A stretch of 64,000 nucleotides of DNA from positions 4,160,001 to 4,224,000 of the forward strand of contig OZ252299.1 of assembly GCA_965250285.1 (NCBI GenBank), read 5' to 3'. Origin of the DNA: Myxococcota bacterium. Its GTDB lineage: Bacteria; Myxococcota_A; UBA9160; UBA4427. Made by a program: the position numbers and the translations under genes. The notes below the pieces were generated by a model that saw only the letters and a list, made by a program, of their open reading frames with translations, had not been told where the DNA came from and made no database searches. Below, one piece after another: positions 27,990 to 36,780 of this stretch; within the stretch, counting starts at the first letter, position 1; each line of letters starts with the position of its first letter.

Positions 27990-29195
27990 ATGCAAGACCC
28001 GATCGAGCGCTGTTTCTCGCCCGCCCGTGTGCGCGGTCTCACGCTGCGCAATCGCCTGATCAAGGCCGCCACCTCGCTCGGCATGAGTGAGAACGGGATC
28101 CCCGGTGATCAGCTGACGCGAGTCCACGAACGCATCGGCGAGGGCGGGATCGGGATGACGACCCTCGCATACTGCGCGGCCGAGAACGATGGGCGGCTGC
28201 ATGAACACATGCTCTACATGCACGAAGGCATCCGCCCCGAGCTCGAACGCCTGATCGGCCGAGTGCATGCGACGGGCGCAGCCGTCTCGGGCCAGCTCGG
28301 TCACGCAGGTGCATTCACGAAGAACAAGCAGCTCGACGGCCGCCGGCCGCTCGGCCCGAGCCGCGGTCTGAACAGCCTCGGGGTCGCGGCGGGCATGCCC
28401 TTCGCCGGTGCGCTCACGATCCCGCAGATTCGCGAGCGGGTCGCGGTGTTCGCCGAGGCCGCGCGCTTCATGAAGAGCGTCGGGTTCGACGCGATCGAGA
28501 TTCACTTCGGCCACGGCTACGGAATCAGCCAGTTCATCAGCCCCCGCACGAACAGGCGCAAGGATGCCTACGGGGGCTCGCTCACGAACCGCATGCGCTT
28601 TCCCCTCGAGGTGCTCGAAGCGGTGCGCGGCGCTGTGGGCGACGACTTCCCCCTGCTGGGCAAGATCAGCATGCACGACGGTGTGAGCGGCGGCATCGAC
28701 TGGGACGACTCGGTCGAGATCGCGGCCTTGCTCGAGCAGAGCTCGCTCGATGTCATCGTCTGCAGCGGCGGCACGAGCAGCATGAACCCGATGATGCTGT
28801 TTCGCGGCGACTCGCTGTACCAGGGGATGCTCGAGAACGAGACGAACCCGATCATGCGCCTCGGCCTGCGCCTCGTCGGGCCGCGCCTCTTTCGCGACTA
28901 CCCCTACGAAGAGCTCTTCTTCTTCGATCACGCCCGCCGCATTCGCGACCGGGTGCAGTGTGGGGTCTGCTACATCGGTGGCGTGTGCAGCACCGAGAGC
29001 ATCGCGAACGTCATGCAAGCCGGCTTCGACTTCATCCAGCTCGGACGCCCGCTGATCTACGACCCCGACTTCCCGAAGCGCGCCGAGGCCGACCCAAAGC
29101 ACGTGAACGGATGCAGCCACTGCAACCGCTGCGCCACGCTGATCGAGGCCCCGGGCGGCGTGCACTGTGTCGAGCGCCCACGCAGCCTCGAGTAG
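27990..29195 (+). CDS. NADH:flavin oxidoreductase (Old Yellow Enzyme family)
   Basis: LRNRLIKAAT, GFDAIEIHFGHGYGISQFISP, NRR.DAYGGSL.NR and C-terminal CSHCNRC motifs. Confidence 0.92.
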   Translation: MQDPIERCFSPARVRGLTLRNRLIKAATSLGMSENGIPGDQLTRVHERIGEGGIGMTTLAYCAAENDGRLHEHMLYMHEGIRPELERLIGRVHATGAAVSGQLGHAGAFTKNKQLDGRRPLGPSRGLNSLGVAAGMPFAGALTIPQIRERVAVFAEAARFMKSVGFDAIEIHFGHGYGISQFISPRTNRRKDAYGGSLTNRMRFPLEVLEAVRGAVGDDFPLLGKISMHDGVSGGIDWDDSVEIAALLEQSSLDVIVCSGGTSSMNPMMLFRGDSLYQGMLENETNPIMRLGLRLVGPRLFRDYPYEELFFFDHARRIRDRVQCGVCYIGGVCSTESIANVMQAGFDFIQLGRPLIYDPDFPKRAEADPKHVNGCSHCNRCATLIEAPGGVHCVERPRSLE

Positions 29196-29242
29196 AGCTT
29201 CGACGGGCGATTCGTCGGCGCCGCGCGACCGTGTCACCCCGC

Positions 29243-30130
29243 TCAGGCGTCATCGCGGACGCGCTCGAGCGTGGACCGACCGATCTCGGCGTGGGCGGGA
29301 TGATCGACGAGTCCGGTGTCGAGGAGCACGGCCCCGAAGAGGACGGCCCAGCCCCTGGCCCGCGCAACGGTGGCGGCGTCGACGCCACCCGCGGATGCGA
29401 TCGCGCGCTCGCGCGCGCGACGCGTCCCAAGGAGCATCCAGATCGACGCGAGATCGGTCGCACGGTCTCCGGCCGCAAGGTCTCCCCAATCGATCACCGC
29501 CCGCAGTCGACCATCGGTCACGAGGACGTTTCGAGGGTGGAGATCGCCGTGCAGCCAGGTGCGCACGGTATCGACCGGGGCCGCGAGCGCGTCGCGCCAC
29601 ACGCGACCGACCGCCTCGTCGACACACTCGACTCTTTCGGCCAGCCGCGCGAGCCGCTCTTCGACGGCGTCGCGACGCGCGGCGAGCGGAACGCCCCGAA
29701 CCGGGTTGAACGGAGCATCCGCAGGCGCCGCGACGTGCAGCGCGGCGAGGAGGGCACCGAGACGCTCCGCCTCTTCGTCTGCGAGGGGTGCGATGTTCGC
29801 CGTCTGCCCCTCGAACCAGGGCACGATGCTCCAGCGCCACGGGTGTGCGGCGTCGCCTTGGCCGACCCGCACCGGCGCAGGCACGTCGACGGGGAGCATC
29901 GACGCGAGCACGGGCAGCCAGCGCTGCTCGTGCTCGATCAGCTTCGCGGCCGCCGCTCGGCGCGGAATGCGCATCACGAGCCCATCGCCGACGCGCACCA
30001 TCGCGTTGTCCCAGCCCTCGCCCGCGAGGGCCAGCGGCATCTCGGCCAGGTCGGGGTGTTGACGCTCGAGGAGCGTGCGCGCCAAGTCGGTGTCGACGTC
30101 GATCTCGGCTTCGGGCGTGCCGCGGGTCAT
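29243..30130 (-). CDS. Aminoglycoside-phosphotransferase-family kinase
   Basis: GWDN, RIPRR, HGDLHPRN and VIDWGD motifs. Confidence 0.88.
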   Translation of the reverse strand: MTRGTPEAEIDVDTDLARTLLERQHPDLAEMPLALAGEGWDNAMVRVGDGLVMRIPRRAAAAKLIEHEQRWLPVLASMLPVDVPAPVRVGQGDAAHPWRWSIVPWFEGQTANIAPLADEEAERLGALLAALHVAAPADAPFNPVRGVPLAARRDAVEERLARLAERVECVDEAVGRVWRDALAAPVDTVRTWLHGDLHPRNVLVTDGRLRAVIDWGDLAAGDRATDLASIWMLLGTRRARERAIASAGGVDAATVARARGWAVLFGAVLLDTGLVDHPAHAEIGRSTLERVRDDA

Positions 30131-30261
30131 GGCCAAAGGTTGCCACGTCCCTGTACGAGTTCCATCCAGCTGGAGGCGAGGCGCGCGTGCGACACCCAAC
30201 GGTGTGCAAACTCACGCAGTTCGCGCGATTCGCCGATGAACGGTGCAGGGAGGAGCCTGGC

Positions 30262-31383
30262 ATGGTGCCTGGGTCCGACACGTCACCGCCTCGTTCTGGA
30301 GGCGAGCCCTGGCGCTCGAGCGACGTCACGCAGCTCGAGCCCGGGATGGATGCGCGCCTGCGCCGGATCGTGCTGCTCACGGCGGCATGTGTCGCGACCG
30401 CCCTGTCGGGCACCTTCTGGCTGATCGGCGCCGCCAAGGACGTATCGTCCTCTGAGCGCGTGATCGTGCCGATGCTCACGCTGCTCTTCGGCACCGTCGG
30501 TCTCATCACCTGGCGCGGCCATCTTCGCCACGCCGAGCTGCTGCTGCTCTCGGTCGGCGGTGGCGTCCTGATCGAGCGAGTCCACTTCACGACGATGCAG
30601 GGCCGACCCGGCCTGATGCCGATCACCGACGCCTACGAGCTCTTCATCTGGTTCCCGTGCGTGTTCGTCTTCGCATTCCTGCTGCTCGAGCGGCGGGAGG
30701 CCATCCTCTTCAATCTCGCCGTGCTGGGCGGCGGCATCTTCGTCGTTCGAGACTGGCTCGTGCCCGGCGGCGAGATCTACCACGCCGATCTGAGCGAGTT
30801 CTTCATCGGCCTGCTCGGGTGCGCGGGCATCCTCTACGCGTTCGCCTACATGCGCGAGCGCTTGATCGACACCCACCGGATGGCCGTCGACCTACGCGCA
30901 TTCGCCGAGACCGACTTTCTGACGGGCATCGCGAATCGGCGCGCCATCACGACCCACCTGGAGCGCGAGATCAAGCGGGCGTCGCGCGATGCGACACCGC
31001 TCGCCGTCCTGCTCTTCGATCTCGACCGGTTCAAGCGGATCAACGACGGGTACGGCCATGACGAGGGCGATCGCGCGCTGCGGCGGGTGAGCCTCGTCGT
31101 CGACCGTGCGCGGCGCGACACCGACTTCTTCGGCCGCTGGGGCGGCGAGGAGTTTCTGATCGTGGCGCCGGGCCTCGATCTCGATCGGGGCGAGCAGGTC
31201 GCCGAGCGCCTGCGCGGCGTGATCGAGGCAAGCGCAGCTGGCGGCGCCATCGCCGTCACCGCCAGCTTCGGGGTGAGCGAGTACCGCTTCGGCGACGATG
31301 GCGCCAGCATGGTGAAGCGGGCCGACGAGGCGATGATTCGCGCCAAGGAATCGGGGCGAAACCGCGTCTGCCGCGAAGCGTGA
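30262..31383 (+). CDS. Membrane-bound diguanylate cyclase (GGDEF)
   Basis: About 6 TM helices; TDFLTGIANRR, DLDRFKRINDGYGH, RDTD I-site and RWGGEEF. Confidence 0.92.
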   Translation: MVPGSDTSPPRSGGEPWRSSDVTQLEPGMDARLRRIVLLTAACVATALSGTFWLIGAAKDVSSSERVIVPMLTLLFGTVGLITWRGHLRHAELLLLSVGGGVLIERVHFTTMQGRPGLMPITDAYELFIWFPCVFVFAFLLLERREAILFNLAVLGGGIFVVRDWLVPGGEIYHADLSEFFIGLLGCAGILYAFAYMRERLIDTHRMAVDLRAFAETDFLTGIANRRAITTHLEREIKRASRDATPLAVLLFDLDRFKRINDGYGHDEGDRALRRVSLVVDRARRDTDFFGRWGGEEFLIVAPGLDLDRGEQVAERLRGVIEASAAGGAIAVTASFGVSEYRFGDDGASMVKRADEAMIRAKESGRNRVCREA

Positions 31384-31486
31384 CGAGCCTCGCCGAGACG
31401 AACGCGCAGCGAGTCAGCTCGCCATCAGGTGAAGCGTGACGAGCCTCGCCGAGACGAACGCGCAGCGAGTCAGCTCGCCATCAGGT
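31375..31486. repeat. Perfect 56-bp tandem duplication at a convergent gene junction
   Basis: 31375-31430 is identical to 31431-31486. Confidence 0.95.
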
Positions 31487-32801
31487 CCCGAATCATCGCG
31501 ATCGTGTCGCCGACGGTAAACCAGAGGATCGCGACCAGGATCGCCGGGACGACGAAGCGCAACAGCACGCGCCAACCGAAGAGCAAAGACGCGAAGCTCG
31601 ACCCCTCTGACGCCTCTTCGAGGGCGTTCGGCATGAACCAGCCGACGAAGAGGGAGAGCATCAACCCACCGAGGATCAGCAGAAGGTTGCCGCCGATCTG
31701 ATCCATCAGGCCGAGCACGTCCAGTGAGAACGCCGCCGGCACACCGAGCAGCGCAATGCCCGCGCCACACGCGATCGCGGCACTGCGTCGGCTCACACCG
31801 AGCGAGTCGATGGCCGACGAAACGACGACCTCGAGCAGCGAGATCGCGCTCGTGAGGCCGCCAACGAGCAGGGCGAAGAAGAACGCAACGCCCACGAAGG
31901 CGCCCACGCCGCCCATCTGACCGAAGGCGCCCGGCAGCGTGATGAAGAGCGCGCCCAGCGTGCTCGCACCGACGTCTTCTTGCAGGCCGAGCGCGAACAA
32001 CAGCGGAAACACCACGAGGCCGGCGATGAAGGCGACGCCGAAATCCGAGATTGCGATCGTCACCGACTCGAGGGGCAAGTCGGTGTTGCGGTCGAGGTAG
32101 CTCGCATAGGTGAGGATCGCGCCCATGCCGAGGCTCAGGCTGAAGAAGGCCTGGCCCGCCGCGTCGCGCAGCACGTCGCGACTCCAGATCGCGCCAAAGT
32201 CGGTGTTGAAGTAGTAGGCGTACCCCTCGGAGGCGCCCGGGAGCGTGCTCGCGTAGATCGCGAGACCGACGACGATCAGAGCGAGCAGAGGCATCAGAAT
32301 GATCGAGGCGCGCTCGATGCCCGACCGGATCCCGCCCGAGACGACTGCGACGGTGATCGTCATGAAGAGCAGGTGCCAGCCGAGCGCCGGCCAGCCGCTC
32401 GCGATGGACGTGAAATGCCCACCGGCGTCGGCGGGAAAGCCGACCATGACCGACTCGACCGCGTATCGGAAGGTCCAGCCGGCGATCACGCTGTAGTACG
32501 CGAGGATCAAGAGACCGGCGAGTACGAAGACGCCACCGAGGGGACGCCAGGCCGGGCCGCCGTAGTGCGCGAGCGCCTGGATCGGGCTGCGCCGCGCCCC
32601 CCGGCCGAGTGTGAGCTCGGCGAGCATGACGGGCAGCCCCACGATCAGGGTCATCACGACGTAGAGCGAGACGAAGGCGGCGCCGCCGTTCTCGGCGGCC
32701 ATGTACGAGAACCGCCACATGTTGCCGAGGCCCACGGCCGAGCCGACGGCCGCGAGCGTGAAACCCAGCCGACCAGACCAGTTCTCTCGTGCGTTCTCCA
32801 C
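31470..32801 (-). CDS. Sodium-dependent transporter (NSS/SNF, LeuT family)
   Basis: RENW, GSAVGLGNMWRF, NGGAAF and QAFFSLSLGMG..TYASY motifs. Confidence 0.95.
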   Translation of the reverse strand: MENARENWSGRLGFTLAAVGSAVGLGNMWRFSYMAAENGGAAFVSLYVVMTLIVGLPVMLAELTLGRGARRSPIQALAHYGGPAWRPLGGVFVLAGLLILAYYSVIAGWTFRYAVESVMVGFPADAGGHFTSIASGWPALGWHLLFMTITVAVVSGGIRSGIERASIILMPLLALIVVGLAIYASTLPGASEGYAYYFNTDFGAIWSRDVLRDAAGQAFFSLSLGMGAILTYASYLDRNTDLPLESVTIAISDFGVAFIAGLVVFPLLFALGLQEDVGASTLGALFITLPGAFGQMGGVGAFVGVAFFFALLVGGLTSAISLLEVVVSSAIDSLGVSRRSAAIACGAGIALLGVPAAFSLDVLGLMDQIGGNLLLILGGLMLSLFVGWFMPNALEEASEGSSFASLLFGWRVLLRFVVPAILVAILWFTVGDTIAMIRDLMAS

Positions 32802-32864
32802 CCCCCGCCCCCCTCTCGGGCGCGATGATACCGGCCGCGCGCGACCGCAGAAACAGGGGGGCTG

Positions 32865-34481
32865 TCAGGGGAGAACGCCGGCGTACTCGATCCCCGTGAG
32901 GTGATGCATTTCGCGGTCGAACGTGGCGAGGTCATCGACGGCGAACTGATCGAGGTGATCGTGACCGCACGCGCGAGCCATGACGCGCATGAGCTCGGTC
33001 GATGAATCGAGGAAGCGCGTCAGCCGCCTCGCTGCGAGCTCGATGTTCAACCGAGCGCGCAGGTGATCCTGCTGGGTGGCGATCCCGACAGGGCAGTTGT
33101 CGGTGTGGCATGCGCGCATGGCGATGCACCCGATCGCTTGCATCGCCGAGTTCGACAGCGCGATGGCGTCGGCGCCGAGCGCCAGCGCCTTCACGAAGTC
33201 GGAGGGCACCCGCAGGCCACCTGTGATGACCAGGGTGATGTCGCCGCGGCCCGTGCGATCGAGGTGGCGACGCGCACGCGCGAGCGCCGGGATCGTCGGA
33301 ACGCTGATGTTGTTGCGAAAGATGAGCGGCGCCGCGCCCGTGCCACCGCCGCGACCATCGAGGATCACGTAGTCGGCGCCCCCCCGGATCGCCGCCTCGA
33401 CGTCGCGCTCGACATGCTGGGCCGAGAGCTTGAAGCCAATCGGGATCCCCCCGGTCGCCTCGCGGACCTCGTCGCCGAATCGCCGGTAGTCGTCGAGGTT
33501 GTCCCAGTCGGGAAATCGCGGCGGCGAGATCGCGGGGGTGCCTTCCGGGATCCCGCGCACCTCGGCGATCTTCCCCCTCACCTTGTGCCCGGGCAGGTGG
33601 CCCCCCGTGCCCGTCTTCGCCCCCTGCCCGCACTTGAAGTGAAAGGCCTGGACGCGCGCGAGCTTGTCCATCGAGAAGCCGAAGCGCCCCGATGCCAGCT
33701 CATAGAGATAGCGGTCGTTCTCGGCCTGCTCCTCGGGCAGCATGCCGCCCTCCCCAGAACAGATGCCGGTGCCGGCTGCCTGTGCGCCGCGGGCGAGCGC
33801 GACCTTGGCCTCCTCCGACAGCGCGCCGTAGCTCATGTCCGACACGAAGAGCGGCGTCTCGAGCACGAGTGGCTTCTTCGCATTGGGCCCGATCACCACC
33901 CGCGCGCCGACCTCGTGGTCGTCGAGCAGCGGCGGACGATGCAGCTGGGCCGTCATGATCTGGATGGACTCCCACTGCGGCAGCTCACCGCGGGGTACCC
34001 CCATCGCGTCGACGCGGCCGTGGTGGCCGGCGCGTTCGAGCCCGTGCTCGGCGAGCTCCTGAATCCAGTGATTGAAGGGCTCGTCCGGGGTGCCGTGTGG
34101 ATCGGCGTAGGTGCCGAGGTCGGCCTCGCGGTCGTAGGGCTGGGGATGACAGCGCTCCCACTCGCGGATCTCGTCGGCATCGACGAATACGCCGTCGTCC
34201 TCGACCCAGTGGGTGAACTTCTCGAGACGCTCGCTGTTCGTGTACGCGCTGACGCCCGTGCGAAAGCGGTAGTCCCAGTTGTGCAGCCCGCAGATGAGAT
34301 CCTCGCCGTCGACGTGACCATCCGAGAGCAGCGCGCCGCGATGAAGGCATCGCCCATAGAGCACCGACACGTCATCGGCGCCGGGCCAGCGAACGATCAC
34401 GAGATCGACGTCCTCGACCAGCGCGTGCTCGGGCTTCGAAGGTTCGAGCTCGCTGAAGGTGGCGATCCGGACACGTTGCAT
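32865..34481 (-). CDS. Rieske [2Fe-2S] + FMN-binding glutamate-synthase-like protein
   Basis: N-terminal CLH...CGLH; MSYGALS, SGEGG, GQGAKTGTGGHLPG and CIAMRACHTDNCP. Confidence 0.9.
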   Translation of the reverse strand: MQRVRIATFSELEPSKPEHALVEDVDLVIVRWPGADDVSVLYGRCLHRGALLSDGHVDGEDLICGLHNWDYRFRTGVSAYTNSERLEKFTHWVEDDGVFVDADEIREWERCHPQPYDREADLGTYADPHGTPDEPFNHWIQELAEHGLERAGHHGRVDAMGVPRGELPQWESIQIMTAQLHRPPLLDDHEVGARVVIGPNAKKPLVLETPLFVSDMSYGALSEEAKVALARGAQAAGTGICSGEGGMLPEEQAENDRYLYELASGRFGFSMDKLARVQAFHFKCGQGAKTGTGGHLPGHKVRGKIAEVRGIPEGTPAISPPRFPDWDNLDDYRRFGDEVREATGGIPIGFKLSAQHVERDVEAAIRGGADYVILDGRGGGTGAAPLIFRNNISVPTIPALARARRHLDRTGRGDITLVITGGLRVPSDFVKALALGADAIALSNSAMQAIGCIAMRACHTDNCPVGIATQQDHLRARLNIELAARRLTRFLDSSTELMRVMARACGHDHLDQFAVDDLATFDREMHHLTGIEYAGVLP

Positions 34482-34525
34482 GACGGGCTCCTGACGCGCG
34501 GCTGGGGACCAATGGGCCCCCTAGC

Positions 34526-35365
34526 CTAGCCTCGCTCGCCCTTGTTGCGACGGTTCGCCAGATCCCAGACCGAGTCGAGGGCGCCATCGCCCCCGAGCAG
34601 GAAGTCGGGGCTGCGCTTCTCGATGTGGCCGATCAGGTGGTTGTACACGCCATAGCCGACGAGCTCGCGCAGCCGCTTCGAAAAGCCACGCACGACGGCG
34701 GGCGAAATCCCCAGCTGCTGATTCTCCTGCTGTCGAATGAAGCCCGCACAGTAGTTCATCGCGATGCCGACCCGGCGATCACGCGTCGCGTTTGCGCCGC
34801 CCCCGTGCCAGAGACTGCCGTTCCAGACGAGCACGCTGCCGCGCTTCATTTCGGCGGCGATGCTCTCGACGGCTTGATCGGGTCGCGGCGCGTGGTCGGC
34901 GAGGTGGCTGCCCGGCACCAGCCGGGTCGCTCCATTCGCCTCGGTGAAATCGGTGAGCGCCCACATCGTGTTGCAGACCAGTGCGTCGTGCGGGCGGCGA
35001 ATCGGCAGCAGCTGGTCGTCGGCGTGGAGCATCTGCGCCTTCTCGCCCGGCGCGATGTCGATGGACGACAGAGAAGAGATCAAGCACCCGCGATCGAGCA
35101 CGGCTTCGACGAGCGGCAGCACGGCGTCGTCCGTGGGGATCGGCTCGAACGTGCGGTCGTGGGCGAGCAGGTTGTAGACGCGCGTCGTCGAGAAGCCCTC
35201 GAAGTCGTTCGGCCCGCGACCGATCCCGAGCTCATCGACCAGCCGATCGAGCGTCGCGAGCCAGCCCGCCGCGGCGTCGGCGTCGAAGACGTCCTCGATG
35301 ACGGTGAAGCCGTCGGTCTCGATGCGCTCGAGATGCTTGTCGAGCCCGCCTTGATTGGTCGCCAT
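34526..35365 (-). CDS. Phytanoyl-CoA dioxygenase (PhyH) family Fe/2OG oxygenase
   Basis: QMLHADD, WALTDFTEANGATRLVPGSH, WHGGGAN and RQQENQ motifs. Confidence 0.92.
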   Translation of the reverse strand: MATNQGGLDKHLERIETDGFTVIEDVFDADAAAGWLATLDRLVDELGIGRGPNDFEGFSTTRVYNLLAHDRTFEPIPTDDAVLPLVEAVLDRGCLISSLSSIDIAPGEKAQMLHADDQLLPIRRPHDALVCNTMWALTDFTEANGATRLVPGSHLADHAPRPDQAVESIAAEMKRGSVLVWNGSLWHGGGANATRDRRVGIAMNYCAGFIRQQENQQLGISPAVVRGFSKRLRELVGYGVYNHLIGHIEKRSPDFLLGGDGALDSVWDLANRRNKGERG

Positions 35366-35462
35366 GGCCTCTTCCCGCGTCGAGTATCCCCGGCCTCTCC
35401 CGCCGAGCGTGACAGAGCGCCGAGCTGCGCGCCACGCAGGCCTCGCGCGGAGCGAAACCGGC

Positions 35463-36776
35463 TCAGAGGTCGATCACGCCGCGCAGACCGATGGCCACGG
35501 CATTGCGCCCACTGAAATGGGGATCGATCACCAGCTGCAGGTCGGGCTGCACCGCGAACCAGCGAAAGACCTGGGCGCGGTAGCTCAGCTCGATGATCGA
35601 CTCGTCCGAAGTCACGTTCTGGCCCGAAGCACGGACGAAGTCGAGGTAATCCTTGCCGAAGCGCTGATACGAGAAGCCAACGACCATCGCGTCTTCGTCA
35701 CGGCCGGGGAACGGGGTGCGCAATGCGAAGCCACCGCTCAGGTACCAGTCCGTGGCTGACGTCCCGACCTCCGGCGTGCCGAAGACACGCGCGAAGAAGT
35801 CCAAGCCCGGGCTCCACTCGCCCGGCTGAACGATCTGGAGGTCTGTGACGCCATAGAGCGAGGCTCGGCGACCGACCCGGTCGCCGGTGCTCAGGTCGAC
35901 GAGTTCGGTCCGAACACCGACGACGCCGATCGAGAACGAGGCCAATCGACCAAAGAGGCGCGGCCTCGCGATCGCCTCACCAAAAACGGTGAAACCGTCG
36001 TCGAACGACCAGTCGAAGCCGATGTTCTCTCGCGTATCGTCGCCCGCCGATGCGGTGTAGATCGCCGATCGAAGCTCGAAGCGTCGATCACTCGTCCGAA
36101 CACTGACGAGGACGCCGGGGGCTGCGACCGGATAGAAGGGTGTCAGCTGCCGGGCAAATGCCAGAAAGCCGAACGTGCCGTTCAGCAGCAGTGAGGAGGT
36201 GCTCGACTGGTAGAACTCGCCATCCGACGTGAGCTGACCGACGTCGATGCGGATGCGGTCGTTCCAGAGTTCCTGACGCAGGGCGATCTCGAAGAAGCGG
36301 ACACCGACCGCCGCCTCCCACCCCGAGAGGGTCTCACTCGGGAATTGACCGATCAGCTCCTGCGAAGGCTGCCCACCGTGGTACGAGTTCCAGTTCATCC
36401 GGAACGAGGCCCCCGGCCAGTGCACGATGCGTTCGAGGTCGAGCCCGAAGCCCCAGGTGGCGAAGCCCTCGTAGCGAATGCCGGTGTCGAAGCCGCCCTT
36501 CGTGTTCGCCCAGAAGCCGGTGGTGTACTGCGCGAAGACGTCGACACCCCGCCCGGCGAGCTTCGAGCGAAAACCACCCCAGCCGCCGGTGGCGCCCGGC
36601 CACTGCGTCCAGCGAAGCTCGGGCGCAGCCGCGCCCTGATCTTCGGCCAGTGCGCCCGCTGGGAAGAGCAACGAAGCCACGGCGAGGGCCGCCGCAGCAG
36701 CGCGCCGCGCGCGCGTGCCCCTGCGCCGACGTGCGGCCGGGGTTCGATGGGATCGGGCCCCGAGGCCGTCGCGCAT
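35463..36776 (-). CDS. Carbohydrate-selective porin (OprB family)
   Basis: Signal peptide, TGGWGG.R..L..RG and ELSYRAQV..WFAVQPDLQ.V..P...GLR C-terminal strand. Confidence 0.85.
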   Translation of the reverse strand: MRDGLGARSHRTPAARRRRGTRARRAAAAALAVASLLFPAGALAEDQGAAAPELRWTQWPGATGGWGGFRSKLAGRGVDVFAQYTTGFWANTKGGFDTGIRYEGFATWGFGLDLERIVHWPGASFRMNWNSYHGGQPSQELIGQFPSETLSGWEAAVGVRFFEIALRQELWNDRIRIDVGQLTSDGEFYQSSTSSLLLNGTFGFLAFARQLTPFYPVAAPGVLVSVRTSDRRFELRSAIYTASAGDDTRENIGFDWSFDDGFTVFGEAIARPRLFGRLASFSIGVVGVRTELVDLSTGDRVGRRASLYGVTDLQIVQPGEWSPGLDFFARVFGTPEVGTSATDWYLSGGFALRTPFPGRDEDAMVVGFSYQRFGKDYLDFVRASGQNVTSDESIIELSYRAQVFRWFAVQPDLQLVIDPHFSGRNAVAIGLRGVIDL

Positions 36777-36780
36777 GGCG

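Noticed and set aside
29243..30130. Aminoglycoside resistance gene
   Set aside because: Only the general APH-fold motifs are visible, with no mobile context; the family contains many non-resistance kinases.
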